From: Gemmatimonadota bacterium
GTDB taxonomy: Bacteria > Gemmatimonadota > Gemmatimonadetes > Gemmatimonadales > GWC2-71-9
Direction of reading: 5' to 3'
DNA length: 64,000 nt
Assembly (NCBI GenBank): GCA_039588295.1
Contig: JBDHAB010000001.1
Location: 96,001 to 160,000 of the forward strand
Within the stretch, counting starts at the first letter, position 1; every line of letters starts with the position of its first letter. The notes under the pieces were generated by a model, which did no database searches, was not told the DNA's origin, and worked only from the letters and a program-made list of their open reading frames with translations. Of this stretch, positions 37,594-48,681 are shown in pieces. The position numbers were made by a program, and so were the translations under genes.

Positions 37594-38841
37594 TCACGAC
37601 CCATACCGCATCCCAACGATACCCCCGGGGACCTTCGGTGTGAAATAGGTCGACTTCGGTGGCATGGCGGCACCCGCGTCCGCCACCGCAAGGACCTGAT
37701 CGATCGATGTCGGGTTGATGAGCACCCCCGCAGCGGCCCGACCTGCTTCGACCTCCCTGATGACGATATCGACATACGGACTGTAGTCGACGCGCCCGTC
37801 CGATCCCGCAGCTGCAAGAATGTCCTTCACGACCAGAGCGTCGACGCGTGCGACATCCAAGGACGCGACGGTCGGCTCGTTGGCAGACGGCAATTCACCG
37901 AGGCGCGCCGTGCTCTTCAGCAGCAATGCGTACGCCCGCCCGCCCGGGAGCACCACAACGCACGCCGTTCCACGAGTATGGAGCTGGTGTAGTTCGTCCA
38001 GGTAGTCGGACTGGCTCGCGAGCTGGTGCACCTGAAACCGTTCCTGGAGCAGGGCCAATATGGCATCCGGCTCGATCGCCGTGCCGGATATCAGCCGAAA
38101 CGTCGGCAGAGCGACTAGACCAGGATCCTGGCATGAGACCACGAGGGTCGGCACCCGTTCGGCAGCCGGGTTTTCCGCCCCATAGGCGGTCGCTGTCTCG
38201 TAGCGGTGATGTCCATCCCCGATGTAGATCGCATCGCGGCCTGCCACCGCCGCTAACTCCTCGGCGCGCACACCCTCCACTGGCCACACCTCGAGCCCGA
38301 CTCCCTGCAGCTCCGCCCTGGCCGCTGGAACTTCGTCCGTGACGCTCCGAAGCTCCTCCAGCAATCGTCCCTCCTGATCCCGCGAAAACATCAACAGCGC
38401 TTCGAACATCGTGCTTGTTGCTCGCAGCAACGCCAGACGGTTTTTTTTCGGCCCCGCATGGGTCTGCTCGTGCGGTTTCACCCGACCACGGGCGAAGGAC
38501 TCCGCAACGACACCCCCGATCACCCCGGTGCGTTCATGCTGGGTGCCCAGCGGTATGGTGAATGTCTGGCGTAGCACCGTCACCATCGGACCGGGGTCAG
38601 GCACGAGGACCCCCGTCTTCCGCCATTCAGAGAGCAGGCGGGCGGCGGTATCGTAGCAATCGTCACCGGCTTCTGGAAGATTGACGCGAACGACATTGTG
38701 TGGACTCTGCAGGGCCAGTCGTTCCCGCTCCGCGGCATCGATCACGTCGTACGGCGGAGCGATGACCTTGCTCAGCTCCTCGGTCGCCGCGTAGCGCTCG
38801 CCGACAAAGGCGGTAACCAGGGGTCGGATATCAGCGCTCAT
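37594..38841 (-). CDS. DUF1015 family protein
   Basis: APPYDVI, PHEQT, IGDGHHRYETA, MPPKSTYFTPK. Confidence 0.9.
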   Translation of the reverse strand: MSADIRPLVTAFVGERYAATEELSKVIAPPYDVIDAAERERLALQSPHNVVRVNLPEAGDDCYDTAARLLSEWRKTGVLVPDPGPMVTVLRQTFTIPLGTQHERTGVIGGVVAESFARGRVKPHEQTHAGPKKNRLALLRATSTMFEALLMFSRDQEGRLLEELRSVTDEVPAARAELQGVGLEVWPVEGVRAEELAAVAGRDAIYIGDGHHRYETATAYGAENPAAERVPTLVVSCQDPGLVALPTFRLISGTAIEPDAILALLQERFQVHQLASQSDYLDELHQLHTRGTACVVVLPGGRAYALLLKSTARLGELPSANEPTVASLDVARVDALVVKDILAAAGSDGRVDYSPYVDIVIREVEAGRAAAGVLINPTSIDQVLAVADAGAAMPPKSTYFTPKVPGGIVGMRYGS

Positions 38842-38860
38842 CCGCGGTTGATCCCCCCTT

Positions 38861-39769
38861 TCACCGTGTCTTGCCTCGGGCCCATGGACGTGCGGCCTGC
38901 TGAGCTTCACTCAACATCTGTCGATACGATTCGAGCCGACTCGTTGCAAGATCGCCTCGCGTCACCGCTTCGACGATCGCACAGCCTGGCTCCTGGAGAT
39001 GCCGGCAGTTGTCGAAGCGACAATCCGCTGTCCACTGCGCGAATTCGGGAAACGCGGCAGCTACCTCTCGTGGCTCGAGCCCCCATAACCCGATGTCCCG
39101 AAGGCCTGGAGAATCGACGACAAACCCTCCCTGACCGAAGCGGTGCATCTCTGCCGAAACCGTCGTGTGCCGCCCGCTGCGCGCCCGCTTGCTGACCGCC
39201 GCCGTGCGCAGGCGAAGGCCGGGCTGCAGCGCGTTGAGCAGGCTCGACTTTCCTACGCCCGTCGGACCGCTCAGCACGGATGCCTGGTTCTCGAGCAGGC
39301 GTCGCAGATCTTCCATCCCCTGTCTGTTTGGCACCGAAGTGTAGACTACCGGATATCCAGCCTTCTCGTACGGCCGACCGAGGACATCCCACTCGACCAC
39401 GAGATCACACTTGTTGACCACTACCGCCACGGGGAGCCCATTCGCGGCCGCCACAACTGTGAACCGATCGATCAAGCTCGCGTCCCACATGGGGTGCCGT
39501 GCCGAGCCGACGACAACAACCCGGTCGACGTTCGCCGCTATGTGGCGCACCCCTCGCGTGCGCCCAGGAGAGCGGCGCTTGAGCACCGAACGCCGCGGCC
39601 CGACCCGCTCGATCGTCGACGTACCGTCGCTAAGGCGGTGGAGGACGACCTCGTCGCCCACAAGGACCTGCGACCCGGCGCTCTGCTTCAAGCGACCCCG
39701 GAGACTCGCCTCGAGGACGGTGCCCTGGCAGAAGATCCGGTAGCGGCCCCCCGTCTTCGAGAGGACCAC
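38861..39769 (-). CDS. rsgA: Ribosome small subunit-dependent GTPase A
   Basis: NKCD, GPTGVGKSS, GRHTT, DSPG, CRFDNCRHLQEPGC. Confidence 0.95.
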   Translation of the reverse strand: MVLSKTGGRYRIFCQGTVLEASLRGRLKQSAGSQVLVGDEVVLHRLSDGTSTIERVGPRRSVLKRRSPGRTRGVRHIAANVDRVVVVGSARHPMWDASLIDRFTVVAAANGLPVAVVVNKCDLVVEWDVLGRPYEKAGYPVVYTSVPNRQGMEDLRRLLENQASVLSGPTGVGKSSLLNALQPGLRLRTAAVSKRARSGRHTTVSAEMHRFGQGGFVVDSPGLRDIGLWGLEPREVAAAFPEFAQWTADCRFDNCRHLQEPGCAIVEAVTRGDLATSRLESYRQMLSEAQQAARPWARGKTR

Positions 39770-39780
39770 GCCGTGTTGCT

Positions 39781-40101
39781 CTACCAGGCTAGCCCCTCAC
39801 GTTGCGTCACGATTGCCTGGTCGAGGTGGTGCTTCACGGCGTGAAGGCTGAGCTCACGTATCTTCGCCTCAGCCTCCTCAGGTGTGTCACCAAAGACGAG
39901 GTTCGGCGTCTCCACGTGGCCTACGGTCTGCGATCCCGACGGGGACCACCGAACAAAGAGAACCGCTGCACCGAACCGTCCCTCCGCATTTGGTTCGCCA
40001 TCGACGAAGACCGCCGCCGAGTATGCGTGACCATCCGACCCCTCGAACGCCGGAGGACGATCGTGCACGTCGATATAGCCACCCAGCGTCGAATCCCGCA
40101 T
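39781..40101 (-). CDS. Hypothetical protein
   Basis: Abuts both neighbours; HDRPPAFEGSDG. Confidence 0.7.
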   Translation of the reverse strand: MRDSTLGGYIDVHDRPPAFEGSDGHAYSAAVFVDGEPNAEGRFGAAVLFVRWSPSGSQTVGHVETPNLVFGDTPEEAEAKIRELSLHAVKHHLDQAIVTQREGLAW

Positions 40102-41034
40102 CTACCGGAGACGGAACGTCTCTTTGGCAACGCTGCTCGCCATGAAGGCAATGTTGGCGGGGCGCTCAGCCAATCGCCGCATCAAGTAAGGATACCAGTG
40201 GGTACCGAACGGTACATAGACGCGGATGTTATATCCCTGCCCCCGCAGGGAGCTCTGGAGATCACGGCGAACCCCGTAAAGCATCTGGAACTCGAACCGT
40301 TCTGCTGGAATGGCCCGCTCTTTCACGAAAGCGAGCGTTGCGTCGATCAGGGCCTCGTCGTGCGTGGCGATACCCGGATAGTTCCCGTTCTCGAGCAGCT
40401 TGCGCATGAGGTTGATGAAGGAGTCGCTGACTTCCTTGCGTTCCTGAAACGCCACCTCGACGGGTTCGGCATACGCGCCCTTGCACAGCCGCACCTGCGC
40501 CCCGCGGGCGATCAGTTCGTCCACGTCTTGCTCGGACCGTCGCAGGTAGCTTTGGATCACCACGCCAGTTGCCTCTCCGAACGCCGGGTGCAGATCATCG
40601 TAGAAGAGCGCCAGCGTCGCCTCGGTGTACTGGGAACTCTCCATGTCCATCCGAACGAAGACGTTGCTCTCCTTCGCGCGCGTAAGCACGGCATGCATGT
40701 TCTCGGCGCACAGCTGGCCGTCAATGTCGAGCCCGAGTTGCGTGAGTTTCACCGAGACATTCCCGTCCAGGCCAGCCGTTGCCAGGCCGTCGATCGTGCG
40801 CAGCACCTCGTCGCGGGCTGCGTGCGTCTCTTCTGCCGAGGAAACGCTCTCCCCAAGCAGATCCAAGCTCACCGTGATACCGCGGGCTTTCAGCGTCCGT
40901 GCGGCCTCGACAGCGCTCTCGAGCGTTTCGCCAGCGACAAAGCGGGACGCGATTCGCCGGGCCGCATCGTTCCGCTTGATGAAATTGAAGACCCCCGATT
41001 GTTCACTGAGCCAGAGGAACGTGCGTCGCAGCAT
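40102..41034 (-). CDS. Monofunctional proline dehydrogenase
   Basis: RFVAGE, LDLLGE, VKLTQLG, DMESS, RLCKGAY, ATHD, YLMRRLAERPAN. Confidence 0.93.
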   Translation of the reverse strand: MLRRTFLWLSEQSGVFNFIKRNDAARRIASRFVAGETLESAVEAARTLKARGITVSLDLLGESVSSAEETHAARDEVLRTIDGLATAGLDGNVSVKLTQLGLDIDGQLCAENMHAVLTRAKESNVFVRMDMESSQYTEATLALFYDDLHPAFGEATGVVIQSYLRRSEQDVDELIARGAQVRLCKGAYAEPVEVAFQERKEVSDSFINLMRKLLENGNYPGIATHDEALIDATLAFVKERAIPAERFEFQMLYGVRRDLQSSLRGQGYNIRVYVPFGTHWYPYLMRRLAERPANIAFMASSVAKETFRLR

Positions 41035-41049
41035 GCGCTGATCGCCGCC

Positions 41050-43179
41050 TCAGGATGACGGGTGGAACCGCTCGTCGGTGGACACCATACGAACGAGACG
41101 TTCAGTCGGTGCAAAGCGAGCACCGTATTTCTGAGCCAACTCTTCGAGAATGTCTATCGCCTGGGCAGCACCGAGTTCGTCGAGATACCGCAGCGGACCA
41201 CCACGGAACGGCGGAAACCCCATGCCGAAGACTGCACCGATATCCCCGTCCCGAGCCGACCGAAGGACACCCTCATCCAAGGCCCGCACCGCTTCGTTCA
41301 GCATGACGAACACCAAGCGGGATTCGACATCCTCCTTCGGGACCCGTGAGTCGGGCGCCGCACCGATAATCTCGTACGCCGTCTGGTCAACCTCGCGCCG
41401 CTTGTTCCCTTCATAGCTGAAGAAACCTCGCCCGTTCTTGCGCCCCAGGCGACCGTCTTCGGTCATCCGCGCCAGACCCTCCATGGGCCTCAGTCGATCA
41501 CCGAACGCGTCGTGCAGCACGGCGGACGCCTTTTGGGCCACGTCCAACCCGATTTCGTCGAGCAGCGTGATGGGACCCACGGGGAAGCCGAATCTCGTCA
41601 TCGCGCGATCGATGACTTCGACGGTGACACCCTCCTCCAGTAGGCGACCAGCTTCGTTTAGGTACGGTGCCAAGATTCGGTTCACCCAAAACCCTGGGTG
41701 GTCCTGGACCACGATCACCGTCTTGCCCATGCTCCGCCCAAACTCCACAGCCGTCACTGTGGCCCATCGGGCCGTCTGCTTGGTTACGATCACCTCGAGC
41801 AGCGGCATTTTCTCGACCGGTGAGAAGAAGTGCATTCCCAGCATACGTTCCGGTCGAGACAGTCCTTCCGCTACGCGCGCAATGGGAATCGTCGAGGTAT
41901 TTGACGCAAGGAGGCAGTCGTCACGGACGTGACGCTCCAGCTCACCAAAGACCTGGCGCTTAACCTCGAGATCCTCAAACACCGCCTCGACCACGACGTC
42001 AGCGCGGGCAAACCCGCTCCAGCCGGTGCCTCCCGAGAGGAGCTGCTCCAGCTTCTGGTGCTCTTGCCTCGTGATCCGGCCTCGCTTCAGCCGCTCCTTC
42101 AGGATTCGTCGGGACGCCTTCAGGCCCCGGGCGATGCTCTCAAGGTCGCGGTCACGAAACCGAACGTCGACACCCGCTTGCATGACCGCGACGCCCCCAA
42201 TCGACGCGCCCATGAATCCGGCGCCAATGATGCCGAGGTTCGCCACCGTGCGGGGTGCGGGCGCCTCGCCTTCAACCCCTGCGTCTTTCTTCAGTGCCGT
42301 GCTTGCGAAGAAGAGGCGGACCAGGTTGCGCGACACTTCCCCCACGGCCAGCTCGGCAAAGAGCGAGGCTTCCAGGTCGAGGCCGGCCTCGACCCCATGT
42401 TTCATGCCGTGCTCCACGGCTTGGAGCGCCGCAAGCGGCGCCGGGTAGTGGCCGCCAGTCCGTTTAAGGAGCTGCTTCCGCGCGCCCGCATAGACCACGC
42501 GTCGACCAAGGCGGTTCTTGTCGAGGGCAAGACTCCCCAGTGCGAGACGTCGACGGTTCGGACGCCAACCGTCCGCAAGCTTCTTCGCCGCTTCGTGCGC
42601 GACCCGGTCGAGGATCGCGGGGTGCACGAGTTCATCGACAATTCCGGCACGGTGCGCCCGTCGTGCCGGCAGCTGCTTGCCAGGCAGAATCATGTCGAGC
42701 GCCGCACGGACGCCGATCAGGCGTGGCAATCGCTGACACGCCCCTGCCGCCGGAATGATGCCGAGCTGGACCTCTGGGAGGCCGATACGCGTCTTGGGGT
42801 GGTCGGTGGCGATTCGGTAGGTGCAGGCGAGCGCTGCTTCGAGACCGCCTCCGAGACACGTGCCGTGAATCGCCGCCACCACTGGCTTTCCCAGCAACGC
42901 AATTCGATCGATCAACGCCTGGCCGGCGCGAACGAGCGCATGGGCCTCCTGTCGTGATCTGAGTCGGATGAACTCGTCGATGTCAGCCCCCGCAATGAAC
43001 GACTCGGGCTTTCGCGATATGAGGACCAATGCGCGCACATCACTGTCGGAGGCAACGCGTCCCAACAGCGCGTCGAGTTCGTCTCGCACACTCCTGGTGA
43101 ACTTGTTGATCGGCTCACCCGGCAGGTCGAATTCCAGCCAACCGACACCGTGTTGAAACCGCGTCGTGAAGGCGCTCAT
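41050..43179 (-). CDS. fadJ: Fatty-acid oxidation complex alpha subunit
   Basis: FIAGADI, LGGGLE, GLPEV, GAGFMG, EAVFE, SNTS, HFFSP. Confidence 0.9.
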   Translation of the reverse strand: MSAFTTRFQHGVGWLEFDLPGEPINKFTRSVRDELDALLGRVASDSDVRALVLISRKPESFIAGADIDEFIRLRSRQEAHALVRAGQALIDRIALLGKPVVAAIHGTCLGGGLEAALACTYRIATDHPKTRIGLPEVQLGIIPAAGACQRLPRLIGVRAALDMILPGKQLPARRAHRAGIVDELVHPAILDRVAHEAAKKLADGWRPNRRRLALGSLALDKNRLGRRVVYAGARKQLLKRTGGHYPAPLAALQAVEHGMKHGVEAGLDLEASLFAELAVGEVSRNLVRLFFASTALKKDAGVEGEAPAPRTVANLGIIGAGFMGASIGGVAVMQAGVDVRFRDRDLESIARGLKASRRILKERLKRGRITRQEHQKLEQLLSGGTGWSGFARADVVVEAVFEDLEVKRQVFGELERHVRDDCLLASNTSTIPIARVAEGLSRPERMLGMHFFSPVEKMPLLEVIVTKQTARWATVTAVEFGRSMGKTVIVVQDHPGFWVNRILAPYLNEAGRLLEEGVTVEVIDRAMTRFGFPVGPITLLDEIGLDVAQKASAVLHDAFGDRLRPMEGLARMTEDGRLGRKNGRGFFSYEGNKRREVDQTAYEIIGAAPDSRVPKEDVESRLVFVMLNEAVRALDEGVLRSARDGDIGAVFGMGFPPFRGGPLRYLDELGAAQAIDILEELAQKYGARFAPTERLVRMVSTDERFHPSS

Positions 43180-44468
43180 GGGTGCTCCAAGACCATGGCG
43201 AACCCCATGCCCCCCTGCGCACACACCGAGATCAACCCGAACTGCACACCGCGCCGCTGCATCTCATTCGCGAGCGTCGTCGTGATCCGCGCCCCGGTTG
43301 CGCCGAACGGATGGCCAATGGCAATAGAGCCACCCATGACATTGAGCGTCTCCCAATCGACAGTGCCAATCGGCTCGGCGCGGCCCAAGCGTTCGGCAGC
43401 CCACTGCTTCGACTCGAACGCCTGAATGTTCGAGAGCACTTGCGACGCGAACGCCTCGTGCATCTCGACCAAACCGAGGTCGGACCATGTAATGCCCGCC
43501 CGATCGAGCGCCTTCGGCACGGCGTACGCGGGTCCCATGAGCAATTGATCGCCCGGGTCCAGGGCGGCCACGGCGTACGATCGGATGAACGCGAGCGGCT
43601 CGTACCCGAGAGCGCCTGCCGCCTCCTCACTCATGAGGATCACCGCACCGGCTCCGTCAGTCAGTGGGGAGGCGTTGGCCGCAGTCACGGTGCCGTATCG
43701 TCGGTCGAACGCGGGTCGTAGTTTCGCCATCTCCTCGACGCTTGCGTCAGGCCGCACGCCATTGTCTCGAACGATGGCCTTGCCATCCGGCAAGAAGAAC
43801 GGCGCAATCTCAGCGCCGAGTCGGCCGTCTTCGGTACCGGCGTGTGCAAGCTCGTGGCTCCGCAGGGCGAACTCGTCTTGCGCCTGCCGTGTGATGCCGT
43901 TGAGCTTCGCCATCTTCTCGGCCGACTGGCCCATGGTCTCACCCGTCGAGGGCTCGGCGATTGCCGGAGTCAGTGGTACGAGATCCTTCGGACGGAACGC
44001 TGCGAGCAGTTTCATCCGTTGTCGCGTGCTCTTCGCCTTGCTGAGCCCCACCAGGAGTTCCGAGAAGCGCTTTGAGTGCAGAATCGGCACGTTCGACAGC
44101 GACTCGGCCCCACCTGCGAGCACGACATCGGCATGCCCGAGCACGATCTGATCGTGCCCGAGCACGATGGCGCTGTTGGCCGACGCACAGGCACGGTTGA
44201 CGGATGCGGCCGGGATGTTCGCCGGGAACTGCGGAAGGAGGCTGACTTCGCGTGCAACGTTCGGCGTGAGCGGGCTCGGCACAACTTGCCCGAAGTAGAT
44301 TTCGTCGACGTCTTTGCCACTCAGGTCGGCCCGATGAACGAGTTCGACCACGGTGTGTTTGGCGAGGTCCAGCGCAGTCACGTCGTTGAGCAGCGTGCCC
44401 GCTTTACAGAATGGGGAGCGACATCCCGCCACTACCGCGACCCGACGTCGCTGTGCGCGCTGCATCAT
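43176..44468 (-). CDS. fadI: 3-ketoacyl-CoA thiolase
   Basis: RACAS, HEAFA, GHPFGATG, VCAQGGMG. Confidence 0.92.
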   Translation of the reverse strand: MMQRAQRRRVAVVAGCRSPFCKAGTLLNDVTALDLAKHTVVELVHRADLSGKDVDEIYFGQVVPSPLTPNVAREVSLLPQFPANIPAASVNRACASANSAIVLGHDQIVLGHADVVLAGGAESLSNVPILHSKRFSELLVGLSKAKSTRQRMKLLAAFRPKDLVPLTPAIAEPSTGETMGQSAEKMAKLNGITRQAQDEFALRSHELAHAGTEDGRLGAEIAPFFLPDGKAIVRDNGVRPDASVEEMAKLRPAFDRRYGTVTAANASPLTDGAGAVILMSEEAAGALGYEPLAFIRSYAVAALDPGDQLLMGPAYAVPKALDRAGITWSDLGLVEMHEAFASQVLSNIQAFESKQWAAERLGRAEPIGTVDWETLNVMGGSIAIGHPFGATGARITTTLANEMQRRGVQFGLISVCAQGGMGFAMVLEHP

Positions 44469-44540
44469 GATCCCGAAAGCTACCCGGAGGCTGACACCGG
44501 GTCTAGAACGGCTCTTGTGGTATGGTGATCTCTCGACGCA

Positions 44541-45083
44541 TCATTCGGTGGGACGCCGGGCCAGAAGACTTGCGAGCGCTCGAGTGCGTCCGTCGAGAAT
44601 CTCGAGCACCTCGCGAATGAGCACGATCTCGAACGGGGCTGCCAGAGTCCACAGCTCGCCACGCTTGAGGAGGTGCTCGTCCGATGTCGGCCCCCAACCC
44701 AGTTCGCGCTGTTGCTCGAGAAAGGTCTCGGCCTCGAAGTAGCCGCCGGGCTTCACCAATGCCATGAACTCCGAAAGGCGGGTCCGGTCGAGGTAATTGA
44801 ACTGCATCACGAGATCATACGGACCTTGCGGAATGGGATCCCGGGTCAGATCCGCCTCGATCCATTGTACCTTCACGTTGGATCTACGCGCGTCTTCCTC
44901 CGCCTCGCGCAGCCGATCCGGGTCCCGATCCACGGCGACTACGGTGGCTCCATGCTGGGCGGCAGCGATGGCATGGCAGCCACGACCGCAGGCCAGGTCC
45001 AAGACCCGCATTCCGGGCTGAAGCAGCCGGGCATGCCACTGAAACCACGTACTGGGGATGCACCGACCATGCGCGGCTGACAC
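44541..45083 (-). CDS. Class I SAM-dependent methyltransferase (TehB-like)
   Basis: VLDLACGRG, FNYLDR, KPGG. Confidence 0.85.
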   Translation of the reverse strand: MSAAHGRCIPSTWFQWHARLLQPGMRVLDLACGRGCHAIAAAQHGATVVAVDRDPDRLREAEEDARRSNVKVQWIEADLTRDPIPQGPYDLVMQFNYLDRTRLSEFMALVKPGGYFEAETFLEQQRELGWGPTSDEHLLKRGELWTLAAPFEIVLIREVLEILDGRTRALASLLARRPTE

Positions 45084-45086
45084 CTA

Positions 45087-46751
45087 ATGGACGCTCCTTT
45101 TTCTCATCGAACTCGAGCCGAAAACCTCGCGCTGATGACGACCGAACCCGTCGACTTGCTCATCATCGGCGGCGGGGTGACCGGCGCAGGTATTGCCCGA
45201 GACGCTAGCATGCGGGGCCTGCGCACGGCCGTGGTCGACAAGGGCGACTTCGGCTCCGGAACCAGTTCTCGCAGCTCGCGTCTGGTCCACGGCGGACTGC
45301 GCTACTTGGAGCACGGGCACCTGCGGCTCGTCTTCGAGGCCTGCCGCGAACGCCGGATCTTGCTCAAGATCGCACCCCATCTGGTCTGGCCACGCTCGTT
45401 CCTGTTCCCGGTGCATCGGGGAGCCCGGGTGCCGAGGTGGAAGCTCGCGGCCGGACTCTGGCTCTACGACCTCCTCGCCCTCTTCCGGAATGTGCGCCAG
45501 CATCGAATGCTGAGCAAGCGCGCCCTGTTACGGGCAGAGCCCGGGCTGCGCTCACACGATCTCGTCGGGGGTGCGCGCTACTACGACGCTCAATGCGACG
45601 ATGCGCGGCTCGCCCTCGCGAACGTTCGCGACGCCCATCGCCACGGCGCACTCGCGGCCAACTACGCCCGCGTCGACCAGCTTGAGTCGGCCGCCGGCCG
45701 CGTGGGCGGCGCGCGGATCACCGACCTCGTCACCGGTGACACACGTACCGCTCGAGCGCTCGTGGTGGTCAATGCGACGGGTCCTTGGACCGACGGCATC
45801 CGTGCGACCGACGGCGGCGCGCCAGTGCTCCACACCACGAAGGGCATCCATGTCGTGGTGCCTCGGAACCGCGTCGGGAATCATGAGGGGCTCACCATAA
45901 CTTCGCCGATCGACGGCCGGGTCATGTTCCTTGTTCCGTGGGGCGATGTCACCTACATCGGCACCACCGAGACCGAACTCGCTGGATCGCCCGACGACGT
46001 GCATGCGGACGCAGACGGCGTCATCTACCTGCTTCGATCGGCGAACGCCCTGTTTCCCGAAGCTCGCCTCACCCCCGCCGACGTGCTGGCGACGTGGGCC
46101 GGCGTTCGTCCGCTCATCCGGCAGCACGGCGCCGAGGATCCCAACGCAGTCTCTCGAGAGCACACGATACTCGAGAGCGATTCCGGACTGGTGTCGATCG
46201 TCGGCGGAAAACTGACCACGTACCGGTCCATGGCCGCGGAAGTCGTCGATGTCGTTGTCCGACGGCTGCACAACCACGATGGGCGAACCATTCCCCCACG
46301 GCCACCCACCGATCGCGAAGCGTTACCAGGTGGCGAGACCCGCGATCTCGACGTGATGATCGAGTCCGCCGTTGCCGAGGGATTTGCCGAGAATGTGGCG
46401 AGGCATCTGGTGCACACCTATGGCAGTGAGACTCCCGCAGTCCTCCGCCTCGCGCAGTCCGAACCACAGTACGGTGAACCCGTAGTCCCGGATCACCCGA
46501 CACTGTGGGCTGAGCTCGTACACGCGATGCGGCGGGAGATGGCGGTCACCCTCGGGGACCTCTTGGTTCGACGCACCCATCTGTTCTACGTCGCGCCGCG
46601 AAGGATTCTCGACGCACTCCCCGACGTCGCCGCCGTCGCGGCCCGTGAGATGGAGTGGGATGGCGCTCGCCAAGATGCGGAACTGGCTGCCTACCGCTAC
46701 GAAGTCGAGCGAAACAACACGTTCCGCGCTGAATCCCACCAGGAGGATTAG
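45087..46751 (+). CDS. glpD: FAD-dependent glycerol-3-phosphate dehydrogenase
   Basis: IGGGVTGAG, GTSSRSSRLVHGGLRYL, GGKLTTYR. Confidence 0.93.
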   Translation: MDAPFSHRTRAENLALMTTEPVDLLIIGGGVTGAGIARDASMRGLRTAVVDKGDFGSGTSSRSSRLVHGGLRYLEHGHLRLVFEACRERRILLKIAPHLVWPRSFLFPVHRGARVPRWKLAAGLWLYDLLALFRNVRQHRMLSKRALLRAEPGLRSHDLVGGARYYDAQCDDARLALANVRDAHRHGALAANYARVDQLESAAGRVGGARITDLVTGDTRTARALVVVNATGPWTDGIRATDGGAPVLHTTKGIHVVVPRNRVGNHEGLTITSPIDGRVMFLVPWGDVTYIGTTETELAGSPDDVHADADGVIYLLRSANALFPEARLTPADVLATWAGVRPLIRQHGAEDPNAVSREHTILESDSGLVSIVGGKLTTYRSMAAEVVDVVVRRLHNHDGRTIPPRPPTDREALPGGETRDLDVMIESAVAEGFAENVARHLVHTYGSETPAVLRLAQSEPQYGEPVVPDHPTLWAELVHAMRREMAVTLGDLLVRRTHLFYVAPRRILDALPDVAAVAAREMEWDGARQDAELAAYRYEVERNNTFRAESHQED

Positions 46752-46757
46752 CGCCGC

Positions 46758-47903
46758 CTAGCTCTCGACGTCCGGCAGCGCCGACCCGTGCACGCGCGCG
46801 TCCCTGAACGCCCGCGCACCTTGGTACGCCGTTCGCAGGCGCTCCATCATCGCTCCACGCCGGTCGTAGAGACGCTTTGGCTTCCGCGGCTTGCGCTTTG
46901 CGAGCGCGTACCCCGTGAGGATCGGCAGCCCGACCGTCCCGTCGAGGTAGCACACAACGGTGCCCAGCAGCTGATCGGGGTCCACCTTACCCCAACTCAC
47001 AGCTTCGGCGGGGGTTGCTCCAGACAGGCCTCCCGTGTCCACACGAGCATCCGTGATCTGCACGTAGTAGTCGTGCCCGCGCTCCTCGATTCCAAGCACC
47101 TCCTGTATCTGTGGCTCCGTCTGCAGCACGAAATTCTTGGGACTTCCACCGCCGATGATCAACACACCGCTCTTGCCGCCATCCTGCTTTGCGTCCAGCA
47201 CGATAGCCGCCGTTTCGTTCACGTCGGCCGACACATCATAGGCAATGGCGTATCCGTCGAGCGCCAGCTCAGCGACGTTCATTCCAATCGACGAATCCCC
47301 CGGCGACGACGTGTAGATCGGCACACCGTACTCGTGCGCCGCCGCGAGCACCGACTTCTGCTTGAGGCCGAGCTCCCGCTCCCTTTCCGCCATGTACTTA
47401 CCCAGGAGGTAGTGGTGTTCCGCGGAACTCATCGAGCGTTGAAACTCGGGAGCCTGCGAGACGCGACGGAGATACTCATCCGTCTGCAGGAGGACAGCGT
47501 AATCGAAGAAGATGTCGAAGATCCGCACGACACCTTCCTCACGCAGCTTCACATCGTCCGCACGCGGCGTACCCCGATGCATCGAGAAGCCAAGCGCAAA
47601 ATGACAGTCGTGATACAGGTTGGCGCCTGTGGACACGATCCAGTCCACAAAGCCGGCTTCGATCAGCGGGATCACACAGGACATCCCGATGCCCGCCGGA
47701 GTCATCGCACCGGTCAGACTCAGTCCGACGGTGACGTCCTCTTCGAGCATGCGCTGAGCAAAGAGCTGGGCGGCCTCGCGCAGCCGGCCGGCGTTGTAGG
47801 CCAAGAAGGTGTCCTCGACCAATCCGACGACGCTCTCGTCACCCCGAATCGGGCGCGGGCTGATCGACTTGCCCCTCAGGAGTTCTCGCTTCCGACCAGT
47901 CAT
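46758..47903 (-). CDS. Deoxyhypusine-synthase-like protein (probable homospermidine synthase)
   Basis: [33 protein letters not shown] (catalytic Lys). Confidence 0.9.
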   Translation of the reverse strand: MTGRKRELLRGKSISPRPIRGDESVVGLVEDTFLAYNAGRLREAAQLFAQRMLEEDVTVGLSLTGAMTPAGIGMSCVIPLIEAGFVDWIVSTGANLYHDCHFALGFSMHRGTPRADDVKLREEGVVRIFDIFFDYAVLLQTDEYLRRVSQAPEFQRSMSSAEHHYLLGKYMAERERELGLKQKSVLAAAHEYGVPIYTSSPGDSSIGMNVAELALDGYAIAYDVSADVNETAAIVLDAKQDGGKSGVLIIGGGSPKNFVLQTEPQIQEVLGIEERGHDYYVQITDARVDTGGLSGATPAEAVSWGKVDPDQLLGTVVCYLDGTVGLPILTGYALAKRKPRKPKRLYDRRGAMMERLRTAYQGARAFRDARVHGSALPDVES

Positions 47904-47928
47904 CACACCTCTCTCCTCAGGAACCCTG

Positions 47929-48681
47929 TCAGGGAATCACATCTTCGGTCCGCAGGTCGCGGGCGGCCACGATTGCTTCCACCGCTGCACCAGGATCGTC
48001 AACCACACGGAAGATGTCGAGATCCTCTGGCGAGATCTTGCGCTCCAACGCCATCGTGTCCTTCATCCACGAAATCAGCCCCGCCCAATAAGCCCTGCTC
48101 ATCAAGATGACAGGCATGTCCCTCACCTTGCCGGTCTGAATCAAGGTCATCGCCTCGAACAGCTCGTCCAAGGTGCCAAAACCACCCGGGAAGATGATGA
48201 ACGCCGTCGAGTACTTCACGAGCATCGTCTTGCGGACGAAGAAGTACCGGAAGTCAATCACGCGATCGAGATACGGATTGGCGTACTGCTCTTCCGGCAG
48301 CTCGATGTTCAGCCCGATCGATGGGGTGCCTGCCTCGCGAGCACCGCGATTGGCCGCCTCCATAATGCCGGGCCCGGCTCCCGTCAGTATCGTGAACCCT
48401 TCGGCCCCGACACGCCGGGCGGTCTCCGTGGCCAGTTGATACATCGGATCTTCGGGCCGCGCCCGAGCCGAACCGAAGATCGTGACCGCGTGACCGACAT
48501 CGGCCAATTCGTCAAAGCCGGCGACAAACTCCCCCATGATGCGCAGAACCCGCCATGGATCGGTCTGCGTAAAGGCACCCCGCTCCACGTGCGGTGCAAC
48601 AAACAGTTGCTCGTCTGCGGTGACGCGATGGCTCGAGCGGTGTGAAGCGTCAGGATCTGAGGATTTCGATCGCTGCGACAT
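47929..48681 (-). CDS. LOG family (TIGR00730-like) nucleotide phosphoribohydrolase
   Basis: [32 protein letters not shown]. Confidence 0.9.
   Translation of the reverse strand: MSQRSKSSDPDASHRSSHRVTADEQLFVAPHVERGAFTQTDPWRVLRIMGEFVAGFDELADVGHAVTIFGSARARPEDPMYQLATETARRVGAEGFTILTGAGPGIMEAANRGAREAGTPSIGLNIELPEEQYANPYLDRVIDFRYFFVRKTMLVKYSTAFIIFPGGFGTLDELFEAMTLIQTGKVRDMPVILMSRAYWAGLISWMKDTMALERKISPEDLDIFRVVDDPGAAVEAIVAARDLRTEDVIP

Noticed and set aside
38441..38448. A8 tract in the DUF1015 gene (and a G7 run near 3018) as phase-variation sites
   Set aside because: Short, the gene is in frame, and nothing else suggests variation
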